Shown here: positions 30,782-43,469 of the stretch, in pieces
Numbering within the stretch: the stretch's first letter is position 1
How the letters are laid out: each line of letters begins with the position of its first letter
Source of the DNA: Lingula anatina
Taxonomy: Eukaryota; Animalia; Brachiopoda
NCBI GenBank assembly: GCA_051362555.1
Contig: CM120640.1
Span: 53,484,788 to 53,548,787, forward strand
DNA: 64,000 nucleotides
Direction: 5' to 3'
Notes under the pieces: generated by a model
Database searches by the model: none
What the model was told of the DNA's origin: nothing
Seen by the model: the letters and a program-made list of their open reading frames with translations, nothing else
Program-made: the position numbers and the translations under genes

Positions 30782-33700
30782 TTATCTTCTAAGTCTCTTT
30801 TGAGGAGGAATTTCCTCATCACTGAGCCTTCTCATGCCTCTCCCCATTGGTTGCATGCCACCATGACCTCTCCCTCTCCCACCCCTGGCAGGCTGTGATG
30901 GGGGAGACAGACCCCTGTTCCGTCTAGTTTCTCTCACAGGAAGAGGTGGGGGTGATGCTCTCTGTCCTCTCATTTCTCGGTTTTGAATAGGGGGAGACAC
31001 AGGTCTTGGCATGCCACCACCCCTGGAGTCTCTCCTGCCCCTAATGGGAGGAGGACTATATGTCCTTGGGGGTCTTCTTTCCCTTTGCTGCCTTAAGCCT
31101 CCTGGGGGAGATGGGGGTCTCTGTCCCCTCATCCACCTGCTGCCCTCTGGAGGTGGGGATTCCACCCTTGGGGGAGAATGTGCTGGAGGAGAAGCTTTCC
31201 ATCTGCCCCTTGTTCTCATCCCTGGTTCTTGAGGTGATGGGGGTCTTCCCCCTGGGGATTGTGGTATGTCTGGGCCCATACCTTGTGGTCTACCTCTTGG
31301 TGGTGGAGAAGGTGTTCTCCTCTGTCCATACCCCATTGTGGGTGGAGGAGAGGCTGGCCTCCGACCTCTCATTGATGTACCTGACATAGGTGGTCTTCTT
31401 ATAGGGGATCTGCTCCTACCGCCTCCTGGAGATGGTGGGCGCCAGCCACCCCTCTTGTTGTCAATGTACCTTGGGGATCTTGATAGGCTACGCTCATCAG
31501 GAGGTGACTGTGACCTGCCAGATGACAATGACCTTTCATCCCTGTCCATTGTATTGGGAAGTCTGTTGGTGAATTTAACAGGAGACTGTGGAAACCGTTG
31601 ACTTCTTGCCCTTCTTTCAGCCTCTCCAAAAAACATAGTGTCTGCTGATCGTCTGGTTCTCTTTGCAGCCTCCCCAAAATCTATGGTCTCTATTGGAGGT
31701 CTAGTTCTACGTGCTGCCTCCCCAAAGTCAACTTCATCTACTGGTTTACGCTCTCTTCTCCTTTCCGGAGACTCTGGAGATGAATCTGGCCTGCAATGGC
31801 AATAAAAGCAATTCTAACTGACAGTTTCTTATTATAAAGATGTTTGTACAGATCCATTACAGAACTGATAGAAACCAGTAAACTCGATAACTTGCAATAG
31901 GTCAACAAATAAGTAGCACAATTTCGATATATGCTAATCTGTGTGTGTGTGTGTATGTGGGTGGGTGGGGGGGAGTGGGTTTAAAAAATTTAGAAAAAAT
32001 TGCAAACAATCCACACCTATCTTTACAGGCACGAATGTTATGTATATAAATAATTAGTACTAGTTTCTTACACAGAAATAACATCCAGATGCCAAAAAAT
32101 AAACAGAAAATAAAATCACGAAAGAAGAAAAAGGCATTAAAAATGCACCATCTTTAAATTTTTGGTCATAAATTTGACCTACTTATTTTTCCTCAAGTCT
32201 GCAAAGTGCATAAAATGTAAGTAGAAAATATCCATGCAAATATCATTTTAGGAAAATGATTTAATGAAACTGGTGTCTTTATGAAAAAACTATGGTGTCA
32301 TTTAGTCTGGTTTAACTGCAGATCTAACAGCAAAAAGAACACAAAAGTTGTTAATAGTTATTAAACATTATTAATTGGTTGATATAACGAAAAACAATTA
32401 CCTTGGCGTAAGTGTTTCTAATGGGGATGGTGGTCTTTCTTGATACGCAGCAGGAGGGGTAGTACTACGACGGCGACGAGTGGAAAAACTTGAACGTGGT
32501 TTGTACAGCTCTGAATTATCATAAATCTGAGACGGTTTGGCTTTAGTGGACTCTGTTGATCTAAAATTAATTTGATATACCTGTAAGCCTTAGAAAACAT
32601 CACAAAAGGAAAAACATCTACATTTACCTAAATGTGAGGTAATGAAAAAAAAATTAATCTAATAAGATAAATTGTTTTACAGATTTTGTATCATACCTAG
32701 GAGTAGAAGAACGCAGTTGTCCTGGCTCTTGCTCACTTGATGTACTGGATGCAGGTGAACTACGACGACGACTGACACGTGGTTTATACAGGTCATCCAA
32801 GTCGTACCTCTGGGCAGACTGAGACTTTTTATCTGAATCTGCACCCGATCTGTAAGGAAATAAAAGAAATAAACATGTTGCAAATAGCATTTTTTCTACA
32901 CATATTCTTTCATGTGTATTCAAATGTCTGTTAAGGGTGTACTGTTTGTGTTTGAAAACATTCTAAATTTACATCTCTTATGTGTAAATATCATGCACAG
33001 AATCAATTCAATCCCAATTCAGACTTTAAAAAAAAAGTACCTAAAGTCTGACAAATATTTAGTCATTATGTTTGTACAGTTTCATGAAAACTGATTGGAA
33101 ATTGTAGAAGATTGTTAGGCACAACTGCATTAAGCTGAAGTGTCAATTGAATTCAATAAATATTGTGAAGAAATATAAAAACAAAATGAAAAAACAATGA
33201 TTCACAAAAACATGACAAGGTCTGTCTGTGCAGTTTCACTGGGTCTTCCTGAAGTCTGTTTAAGTGCTGCCTGGCAAGATTGCTTCTACAATTTAATCCC
33301 AGTATACCCCATACCTTGTTTTGGCATGCAACAAATTCACAGTGGTAACAATGCCAACTACCCACAAAATTGATAATGAACTCGCTTAATCAGGCCCTGC
33401 TGAGTGCTACAAGTTTAATACCTGCTTGAAGTTCTGCTGTCTGACCTGGGAGTATCCAAGGGTGTAGTTGGTTCATCCTTCAAAGAAGACACCCTCCTTG
33501 ACCGTCTCACCCCACCTTCAGTTGACTCTGCACGTGATGATTCGGAACCTACACTTCGAGGAGTATCTGGTCTCTGGGGAGCTGACGTGTCATCTGATTT
33601 TGACCTTGCCCCAGTGATCAAGTGACCTATGCTTAGCCCAGTGCTTATAGCAGACACATCAACAATGGGAATATTTGACTGTTCAGCTGAAAGTACAACT

Positions 33701-36700
33701 TCGTTGTCTGGTACAGAATATTCTACTTCATCCTGTGTTGGAGTCCCAGGCATGTTTTCATATCCGCCTAGACCCTGTGTATAGTCTGTCTGATTGTTGT
33801 CTGCCACAGTATATTCTCCAGACATCTCTACTTCCACCGTCTCTTCAATCACATCTGTGTAACCCTCTTCCAGTATATGCTGTCTCTTATCAGTAAAGAT
33901 GGAAGTGAATTCTTCTGAAGTATACTTTCTATTCCTTGTCCTTTGCCTTCTTAAGGCCATTCTCTTTTCCATCACTTTTTGTTCTTTTAGTCTTTCCTTC
34001 AATTCCTCCTTGGTCTTAGATTTTTTCATTCTGTGTTTCTTGTCTTGTGCCTTCTTTTCTTCCTGTTTTTCAGATGAGACTTCTTCTGATTCTAAAACAC
34101 AATGCAATATTGTTAAGTATTTTTTGTACATAAACCCTGCTCATATATAGATTTCACATACCTTTACAGTTTCAGCAAAACATACATGCTATAAATATCT
34201 AAAGATACAAATGTGCACATGATGCATCTTAACAGTTGTTTTCTTAATTTGCAAATGAAAAAAATCTTGACACAAAAGATTGAAGATTTTATTTCAAGAA
34301 TTTTCTCTTAAACTCTTCTACCTTCTGTTGGCACAGCTTTTAAGGTCTCCTTTGCAATTTTTCTTTCTTCTCTTAGACGTGCCTTTTCTTCATCTCTCTC
34401 TTTTCTTTTAGATTCATATGCAGCCCTTCTCTTCTGGCGTTGCAAATATCGCTGCTCTTTTTCATTAGCCTCAAAGTAAGAAAAATAAATTTATTTCAAA
34501 AATAAAAATACTTGCTCTTTTTCTAGATTTTAAGAGTTCCATTGAGCTTACTTGTTTTCTAAAAGTTTAACACTTTACTTACAATGTATATACTTTAAAA
34601 CCTGTTTTAAAGTTACTTACAACTCTGGCTTTTTTCTCTTCTCTAGTTTCTCCATCATCACTGTCACTGAGGTTGTAAGTCAAGGATATTAATTTTCTAG
34701 GTTTTTTCTCAGTAGCAGTTTCATCTTGTCTAAAATGATCTGCTGAGTCTTCTTTTGCTGGACAAGCACCTTCTGTTTCTTTCACTGAAAGGATAAAGAT
34801 TTATCATGATTACATCTAATAGTCAAACTACCAAAATATGCATGTATTAAATATTTTATAGGCTCTGTACTCTGTACAGTATATATGAACACAGAAAGTT
34901 ATATGATACTCTAAGTATAAACTATCCATAATTGAAATAATCCACGATGAATATCTTCACAATACGAATACCAAAACATCTTTACACAGTGCCCAAAAAA
35001 TTCAAACAATAGGTGGGACAATACAGGCATATTCTTTGTTTCAACAAAAGAGTAAATAATTATAATTTTTTTTCATTAAATAATTATATCTTATAAATGT
35101 CCCCTCACCTTTCTTTGTTTTGACCTGTCCCTCATCACTTGAGCTATTTTCTTCTTTCTCCTCACTTTCATCTACCTCATTTTCACTCTCTGACTCTGAT
35201 TCAGATGTCTCAAAGGAAGACAAGTCACTTGTGTGCACAGAGCTGATTGTCACATCTGAGAATTCATCCTCATCTACATCTTGCCAAGCAAATTTGTAGG
35301 ATTTTTCTGGCTTTATTCCATCAGCATGGTCTTTCTTATCAGGCACATCTTTTTCTTCCCTAACTTTATTCTCCTGCTCCTTAGTTGAGTCAGACTGAGG
35401 TTTCTTAACAGGAGAACCACCACTTGTACCAGGTGTGGAAATGGGGAGTGGAATGTCTAGTGTTTCTAGAAATTTCTTAGAAGACTTTTCAGGAGACTTG
35501 TTTTGCTCTGACTTGACTTGGTCTTCATTTGCTAGCATTGGAAGAGAAGGAGGTTCTGGCCCAGGTTCAGGCTCAGGAGGGGGATCAATGTCCATATCTT
35601 CTGGTTCTGGTGGGAGAGGAGGTGCCTCTGGGGGCAAGGGTGGGGTGTCTGGCTCACTTGGCAGGGGAGGAGCAGATTCACTGGGCAGTGGGGGAGGTGC
35701 AGAGCTTTCAGGCACCGGAGCTGGTGGCAGGGGAGGCTGGGCAACAGGCTGAACAGCTGGGCCTGGTAGAAATGGAGGTTGCATGGTGCTTTGAAAGGGA
35801 AGAAACTGGGAACTCCCTGATGGGAAGTTTGGTGGGGAGAAAGACATATTCTGAGCACCAAATGGATCCATGTTCATTAGATTTGGTGGCTGGTTTCCAG
35901 AAAAACTGCCTCCAGGACTTTGCAGATCTAAAGAATACAAGGAAAATATTTTTAAAAATCCTTTTAAACAAACAAACAAACAAATTATAAGATTTGCATA
36001 TTATCAGGACATGTGAACTTTAAAAAAGCAGACCTGTCAAAATATTTTTAGAAAAAGAGGGATACTACTTATCAAATTAATTAATCAATCAATCAAAATT
36101 GAAAAATAAATAAAAAATATTTATATTGCAATATCCTCACTGATTTGTTAAAGAACATTTTCAACATAGAATGCTGAAATATTAACTCAAGATATCAAAA
36201 TGTATCTTAACCTGGAGGCATGTTCTGCATATTTGTGCAGTAATTTTTTAGGTTTTCCAAACTCTGTTGTCTCTGAGCATTCTTCACTTCCTCCAACTTT
36301 TTTCTTCTTTCACTGGGATCAATTCCTAGGAACTCACAGACCACTTTATCCACTTCTGGCTTGAACACTGTCTCAATCTTTGGATTAACTACCTGTTCTA
36401 TAATCCTTTCAACTCCACTAGCTAGCATGCCAGACCTAAGTAGAACAAAATGATGTAACATCCAAAATGACTTGCAAAGAAAAACATGAAGTTTTTTTTT
36501 TTTTTTTTTTTGAAAGTTTGAATTGTATAACACTTGCTTCAGTATAGGAAAAATATTGACAGTTTAGAATTTATTTAAACACAATTTATGTATTACAATA
36601 TTTCCTTTTTAATATCAAACTCTTAACTCAAAGGTAACTATACACAATTCTTACTGGTTTATTTGCCTTCTCAGTTGTTCTCTCAGTTGGTTTTTGTTTA

Positions 36701-38015
36701 AATCTGGGCTCCACTTCTGCTTTGAAAGAAAGTTTGTAACATAGTTGTCCACTCGTTGGCGAAGATTTTGATATGCAGGCTGAAATATTTTATTCAATTC
36801 TTATGCCATTGCACATTTCTATCTTCTATCAACTTACTTGAAATCATCATATAGAGTATATCCAATTATAGATTAAAAAAAAACAAAAAAAACTTTGCTA
36901 TACATTTCAAATAAAGCATGTCCTCAGAATCTGTGCATACTGTAAAATTCATTCACATGGTGTCAATAATAATAATAATAATAATGATTGGCATACTTTA
37001 GAGGAATTATATGTTTTCCAGTTATGTACGTGGTTATAGGCTGCTCACTTCTTAAAACATTCAATCAGTACTTATGCCGTGTGCCCCCAAACTCATACAA
37101 GCAATTATTAAGTTTTAGAAGTTTCTATTTTTAATTTAGTTACGTGATGATTTTGAGTAGTGTCGCTGCTATTCCAATGTATCAGCTTTAAAATTTACTT
37201 ACTTATTTCTAATGTTCACCCCTGAAATGAACTCCTAATTCTGCTCTTATTATAATTAGTGTCCTTCATGTTTCTTGTGAAAACATAAGTATTAGGCAAA
37301 TTTTTTTTTTTTTTTTAAATAAATAGCATTATAGTAGAGACACTTGTGAGGGTAACCAATGGGGACTTTTGTTACCCACGAAAGTCTCTTTTTACTTTAC
37401 TGAAATGTGATATGTGAAATGCTCATATTAATTGGTGTGATTCATGAAAAATTCCATTCCTGAAACTTGTGAATGCATACGGCTTTTTATTTTTTGTCCT
37501 GAATGTGACAGATTTTTTACGCTCACTGACACGTGCTAGTATTTCTTGCATTTCCAGTTAGATATGCATAGGGTTTTATTTACTGTGATTTGTGAAAAGA
37601 TGATTTTATTTCCCGTACACTGTGATCACTCCCCCCCCCCCCCATGGGATCCTCACTTTGACAGTCGCCAAATAAATGAATTTACAAACCATTGAAAACC
37701 AAAGACTTGTTTTTGTAATGTTTTGTAATGTTTTTGTAATTTTGTAATCTTTGTAAGTTCCGATTTATCAAGAGGGTGACATGCGCACCGGGACAGTCGG
37801 AGAGCCACAATGACAGGTGCTAACATAACTACCAGTCATTCTACTTGTAATATCCAGTAACACTGCCGTCGCTAGCTTTAGTTTACCTTAGTATCAACAT
37901 CTGCCAAACATTCTTTACGAAACTGATCGAATATTCCTTGTGATTTCAGTTTCTTCACAATCTCTTCTGTAATTCTTGGGTCGCCGGGCGGCAACGAGGA
38001 TAAATCTTGGCTCAT
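30782..38015 (-). CDS. BOD1L1: BOD1/BOD1L-family protein (N-terminal Shg1/BOD1 domain, long low-complexity tail), ~1199 aa
   Basis: 10 exons (minus): 38015-37887, 36779-36655, 36435-36212, 35927-35109, 34784-34621, 34469-34322 (GAG acceptor, less sure), 34091-33422, 32849-32697, 32560-32402, 31790-30782; sum 3600 nt in frame. LPPGDP...LKSQGIFDQFRKECLADVDTKPAYQNLRQRV...GVERIIEQVVNPKI is the BOD1 signature. Confidence 0.9.
37347..37657. mobile_element. Possible old MITE in BOD1L intron 1
   Basis: Imperfect inverted ends GTGAGGGTAACCAATGGGG / CCCCATGGGATCCTCAC and internal (C/T)GTGAA-like repeats; no clear TSD. Confidence 0.3.
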
Positions 38016-38455
38016 TTTTTGAATTGTGTAGGCTTTCAGCAAAAGAAAATTGGGGTTAGATGGGCGCCGCCATTTTGGATATGCACATAATTAAACATTT
38101 TGCAAAAGGGGGTGACAATTTCAATTAAATTATTGGAGACAAGTGGCATAGGTAAATGCTACCTTCACGTGATAAATTGAATGGTTTTGATACAATATGC
38201 TTTTTAGTTTCAGTAAGTTATGTTATAACAGCAAGTAATCGAATTGTTTACTTCGTACTGTACACCTCCTCCCCCTACAATCCATACGACTTCCGCTTAT
38301 GTAAGTCCCGCGGTACATTATTGGTTCACCACGAGAGCGGCAATGGACGGCAATCTAAGGGTCACAGCAGAAGCACATCGAGTGGATATGCGGTGATGAT
38401 CAGTGATTTTGAATGGTGCTTAGGAAACAACTTGGCTTCAGGATAACTTTACATT
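38016..38455. promoter_or_regulatory. Putative bidirectional promoter between BOD1L and mitoferrin
   Basis: Divergent ATGs 440 bp apart; YY1-type GCCGCCATTTTG at 38066-38077; ETS-type ACTTCCG near 38289; CpG-retaining. Confidence 0.65.
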
Positions 38456-41400
38456 ATGGAGATCACAGAGGCAGAGATTGACGAGTATGAAAGTTTACCC
38501 CCAACCAGTTCCATGACCACGCACATGGCTGCTGGGGCGCTGGCAGGGATTATGGAGCACTGTGTTATGTATCCGGTTGACTCTGTGAAGGTGGGGTGTT
38601 TAGAAGTATATATGGTCATTTTACATGTACAAATTTTTACGAAATGTGTTACAACTTACATGATTTAAATTATACAGACATTGTCATGTCACGATGACTG
38701 ACCCCATATCAATAATTTGACCCAGTTTTCGTGTCAGTTCCTGTGTCGAATGACCCCCCCTTCCCTGTGTTAAAATTTGGTTGAAATCATCACGGCGATA
38801 ATAACATGATGATAACCTCGCCTGTATGGTGACTTTGAAATAGAATGAAAGCACGTTTCTAAAGTCCATATGGGATAAGCTGATTGATTTTTTATGAGGG
38901 TGATTATAAAACTTGCAAGTCATTCCCCTACATTCACAAGTTGTCTTTTATTACATCAAGTTGTGCAAATTCTTCATTGTAAAATCAAACTATATTGTTA
39001 TTAAGCAAATTTAAGTCAAAACCACATGCTTGACATCTGCTGTTATGATAGATTGTGGACTGAATCTACTTCAGTGAGATGTTTGGATTGCTTTCTTCAC
39101 TCAACTGACCATAGTCCAGTCAAGTAGACCATTGTGTAAACATTAACATATTTCTGTATGAAATACATCAAAGCAAAGGGATAAAATCATAATTAAAGCC
39201 TAGATTACACATGCCATGGGTGCTGTCCAATGAAATGGTATATGATTTTTTGTAGAATTTTTTGGCAAGTACTTTTGCATTAAGTGCCAGTGCAATGCCA
39301 TTTATACATAACTTTCAGATCATGTAGGAAAAAATTGGGTTTTCAGTTGAAAAGTGACCGTACAGAGCCCTGATAGTCTCTGTCCAGTTATTGTACACCT
39401 TGCTTGCGGCATCCTTGTCAGTTGAAGATCAATACATTGTCAGTGTAGCCCCCAATGATTTTTTCACCCATTTGACCAGAATAAGGAAAAGCACAATTTT
39501 AATTCATGTAAAACATCTTTGCTGCTGTAATGAATTCTTAAAACAGTAAAGGTGGAAGAGAAAAAGGGCAACAACAGGTTCAACCATTATCAAGATTACC
39601 ATAAGTATACTGAACTGAGCTTGTATGGGAACTGTATGATACCATCTACTATAATGCAATAGCCTACAGGCTCATTATTTCAAAATTTGTCAAGAGCTTT
39701 AGCTTGACAAAATCATAGAGGTTACGTGGGCCATTAATCTGTACAATTTTGTACCATTGTGTATGGCTACCGCATTGCTTTTGCACTGACTCTGTATGAA
39801 ATGGGATTTACAGTATACAAGCACTGCAAGGACAATGCATAGCAAATATTATACAGGCTTACAGGACACAGTCACTGATGGATCCAGCTAAAATAGTTAT
39901 TGGTTTTCTAATCATAAAGTGTACAACAGGCAAGTTTTTAAAAAGTCCATTGTAGGGAAATGGTCAGGGAAACATGTCTATATAACAATGATCAGTCCAG
40001 TGTTCCATATGGAATCTGTGGCAGAACTACTTGCTAGATTTATGCATCTGTTTTGCTGACCACTTCTCTGCTGACTGACCACTTTGGGCAGTTGGAATGA
40101 TAAATCATACTTAGGTCAAGAGGATTCTGATTGATCAGACATTTTATAACTTTGTATTGCTCACAGGTTTATTATGTAATCAAACATACCTGAAATCTTG
40201 GCTTTACCAGTAATAATCATTCAGCCCAGTTGTCACCATTATGTGGATTTAACAATCGTGTTCCGTTTAGTGTGACAAACTGCAGTGTTCATGCAGGACA
40301 GTTCTTTGTTATGGATGTCCTGTGACGCAGGTAAGAAAATGACTGCAAAGGTGCATCACTGTCATTTCCCTAACTTTGCTAAATCAATATGATCTTTATT
40401 AATGTCAAACTTTTTATTGACTTTACTATAAATTCTTTTTTTTTTTAAGTTTTCTAAGGATCACTTTCTCAAGGTTTTAATATGGGTTTGTTGATGGACC
40501 AACAGTGTTTAGTTCTGTTAAGATACTGCATGTATCAGGATTTATGGGATGAATGGTGATATGTCTGCTGGTAAATTATTGCCATTTACAACTGGTGTTG
40601 AAAGTGGGAAAATTAGATTGGAAAGGTTAATGGAGGTTTAACAGTTTTATGCAAATGTAGCAGTTGATTTGCTTTTGGCTGAAAAAAAAAATCAAAATCA
40701 CATCTAAAAATTATCATCAATTTGGGAAAAAGTGAAAAAAAAAAAATGAAAAATTTCATAAACATAGACTTGCTACTAGTATGTTCACCTAAATCTTAAA
40801 TGATGTTGGGCAGTAATTGCAATCAAAAGATTAAAGGATTTTTAACAGTGGATGTAAAGTTAAAGACCTAGGGGATATTTCATGAAGCCTCCCTCTGTCT
40901 ACTTGTATTCTTCTTAGCAGATTTGTTTGCTCAAGGAGTTATAACTCCTTGGTTTGCTGGATCTCAGTCATAAATCTACAGCAAATTTATGCAACCCCAC
41001 TGCAGTATTGATGGCTAATGATAAGTGAAGAAACTGGCAAGGGTTTTATACTTGCATTATAAATGTTGACGGGGGGGGGGGGGGGGATGGGTAGTAATAA
41101 AAGGCACATGTTACTGTTTAGTCACATGTATTTTATTATCCCTTCTTTTTTGTGAAGTTTGGAATGTTATCTAGCCTATCCATGGGTATGCAATGGCTAC
41201 CCATCAATGGCATGCAGCTTTTGAATTGTTTGTGAATTTGTGTGTACATATTTTGCTTGATATCCCTATGATAAATTTTTACCAATTTACATTATATTTT
41301 CCAGACACGTATGATGTGTTTACGGCCAAATCCTAATGCAAATTATAGAAATTTGATGGATGCATATTATACCATTGTGCGTTATGAGGGGCTTCGTACT

Positions 41401-43469
41401 ACGTGTCGTGGTGTGAGTGCAGTGATTGGTGGAGCAGGGCCTGCTCATGCAATGTACTTTGCCTGTTATGAAAAACTCAAGTGGACAATTGGTGGCACAA
41501 GACAAGGAAATCCTCTTGCTAATGGTAAGATCTAGCTGGAGTGGTGCAAGAGGAGATATGGCCTTGCTTAATTTGTCTTATTACCTCCGCCAAGGAGGTT
41601 ATGTTTTTACCCTTGTTTGTTTGTCTCTCTGTCTGTCTGTTTTCATGATTGAGATTTGAATAAAACTTTGAAAAATTTTATCAGACATATATCATATAGG
41701 ATAGAAATTGACTTTAATGTCATCCATGTTTTTATACTTTCAACATTACCTCCAGTGTTTTTTTTTTCTTATTGATTTATGTTATCTTCCAAATCAAAGA
41801 TTTTGTTCATTTAAGCTGATATGGTAGCTTTACACCTCATCTCTTATATCACCCTTTGAGAATTTTGATCCCCACTTATGCAACTAAAAATGGCTTGATT
41901 ATTCCTTTCCTCTCCTGATCCTTTTACTCAGTGACATTGCAATAGAATGAGAAGGAAGCCATCTCTGACCATGCTTTGGGTATTGAGTTACATGTATGCT
42001 GTCCAGTTTTGATAATCATGTTGGTCATTGAACCATGTATGTAGTGTCGTTTTGTTACCCATTCATCAGAAGAGGAAGCTATCCTTGAAATAATTTTGTG
42101 AGAGATGTCTGACATGGTTGATGTTTTTATTTCTTTAGCTGTAGCTGGGTGTGCAGCTACACTGCTGCATGATGCTGTCATGAATCCTGCAGATGGTAAG
42201 TGTGTTTTGGAAAATCATTAATCATGCACAAATCAGTGGTTTCACTGTGACACTTTTATATGAGGTCTTTTCATATCAGCGGTATACTATACTTAACTGG
42301 TCTGGTCCATTAAGTTTGAGAGATTGTCACTTGAATAACCTGGCTATAAAGTAAGAGGTTCACCTCCCCCTCCTCCCCTCCCCCTCCATGTAGTAAGTTA
42401 AACTAAAAAGAAGAAAGCAAACTTGTGGATAACTTGTAGAAAAGGAGTTAAAGCCCCTGTAGTGTAATTACAAGTTATAGCCTTTAAATGGATCAGCCCA
42501 GTAAAGAAACCACTTGATGTGAAAATGGCCCCCAGATAGACGGCAGCAGTCTGTTGTGTCATCCGCATGTTAAATGCGCAGTGCCAATAGTGATATAAAG
42601 TAGAAACTTGTTGATTCCATTAACTTAATGCTAATGCACAGTAGTAAATGGTACCTATGATTACCAAGTAAGTGCTATTAGCAGAACTTCAAAATAAGTA
42701 ATATTATTCTATGGGAATTAACTCTTGTTATTTATGACGTGATTTGTACCTTTGTGATTTATTTTCCATACATTATCATTTTATTACTTGTTTTTGTACA
42801 TCAAGAAAAATCTACCAGAGAAGTCACATTTTTGTACCTTAAATGACTATAATTATAGACATGGTGTTATTGAACATAAATTTTGAAATATACCACATTA
42901 TTTTCATCTTCCTTTCAGTTATCAAGCAAAGGATGCAGATATTTGACAGTCCTTACAAATCCTGCACAGATTGTGCAAGGACTATATTAAGAACTGAAGG
43001 CATAAAAGCTTTCTACCGCAGCTACACCACACAATTATCCATGAACATACCCTTCCAAAGTATTCACTTTGTTTCATACGAACTAATGCAGGATGTAATG
43101 AACCAAAAAAGGGAGTATAACCCCATGAGCCATTTACTGTCTGGTGGTGTTGCTGGTGCTGTGGCTGCTGCTGTTACGACCCCACTCGATGTAGTGAAAA
43201 CCCTGCTCAATACCCAAGAGAAATGTGCAGTAGAATGTATGAACAGGCGTGAGGTATCTGGACTTTTCGCAGGTTTTGCAACTGTATATAAGTGTTGTGG
43301 ATTTGGAGGATATTTCAGGGGACTCCAAGCACGTGTAATTTATCAGATTCCTTCTACTGCTCTCTCATGGTCTGTATACGAGTTCTTTAAATATTTCATT
43401 ACAAAACAGAGAGCCGAGGAAGATGATGGATTTACAGTTGTCTCAGCAGCAGCAGCAAAGATAGATTAG
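38456..43469 (+). CDS. SLC25A37: Mitoferrin (mitochondrial iron importer, SLC25A37/SLC25A28 co-ortholog), 320 aa
   Basis: Exons 38456-38590, 41305-41524, 42139-42195, 42919-43469 (963 nt). EYESLP...[69 protein letters not shown]; three carrier Px[DE]xxK motifs. Confidence 0.96.
41578..41640 (+). mobile_element. 5' fragment of the short HINE family in mitoferrin intron 2
   Basis: TTATTACCTCCGCCAAGGAGGTT followed by GTTT/GTCT repeats matches the reverse complement of 3960-3982. Confidence 0.65.

Noticed and set aside
33153-33365. Extra BOD1L exon (SNLARQHLNRLQEDPVK...)
   Set aside because: Plausible acceptor but no convincing in-phase donor; the model is in frame without it.
31011-35990. Plus-strand Gly-rich ORFs at 31011-31601 and 35435-35990
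   Set aside because: Antisense shadows of Pro-rich BOD1L exons.
38390-38420. CAGTGA upstream of mitoferrin as an iron-responsive element
   Set aside because: Flanks do not form the 5-bp upper stem with a C bulge.
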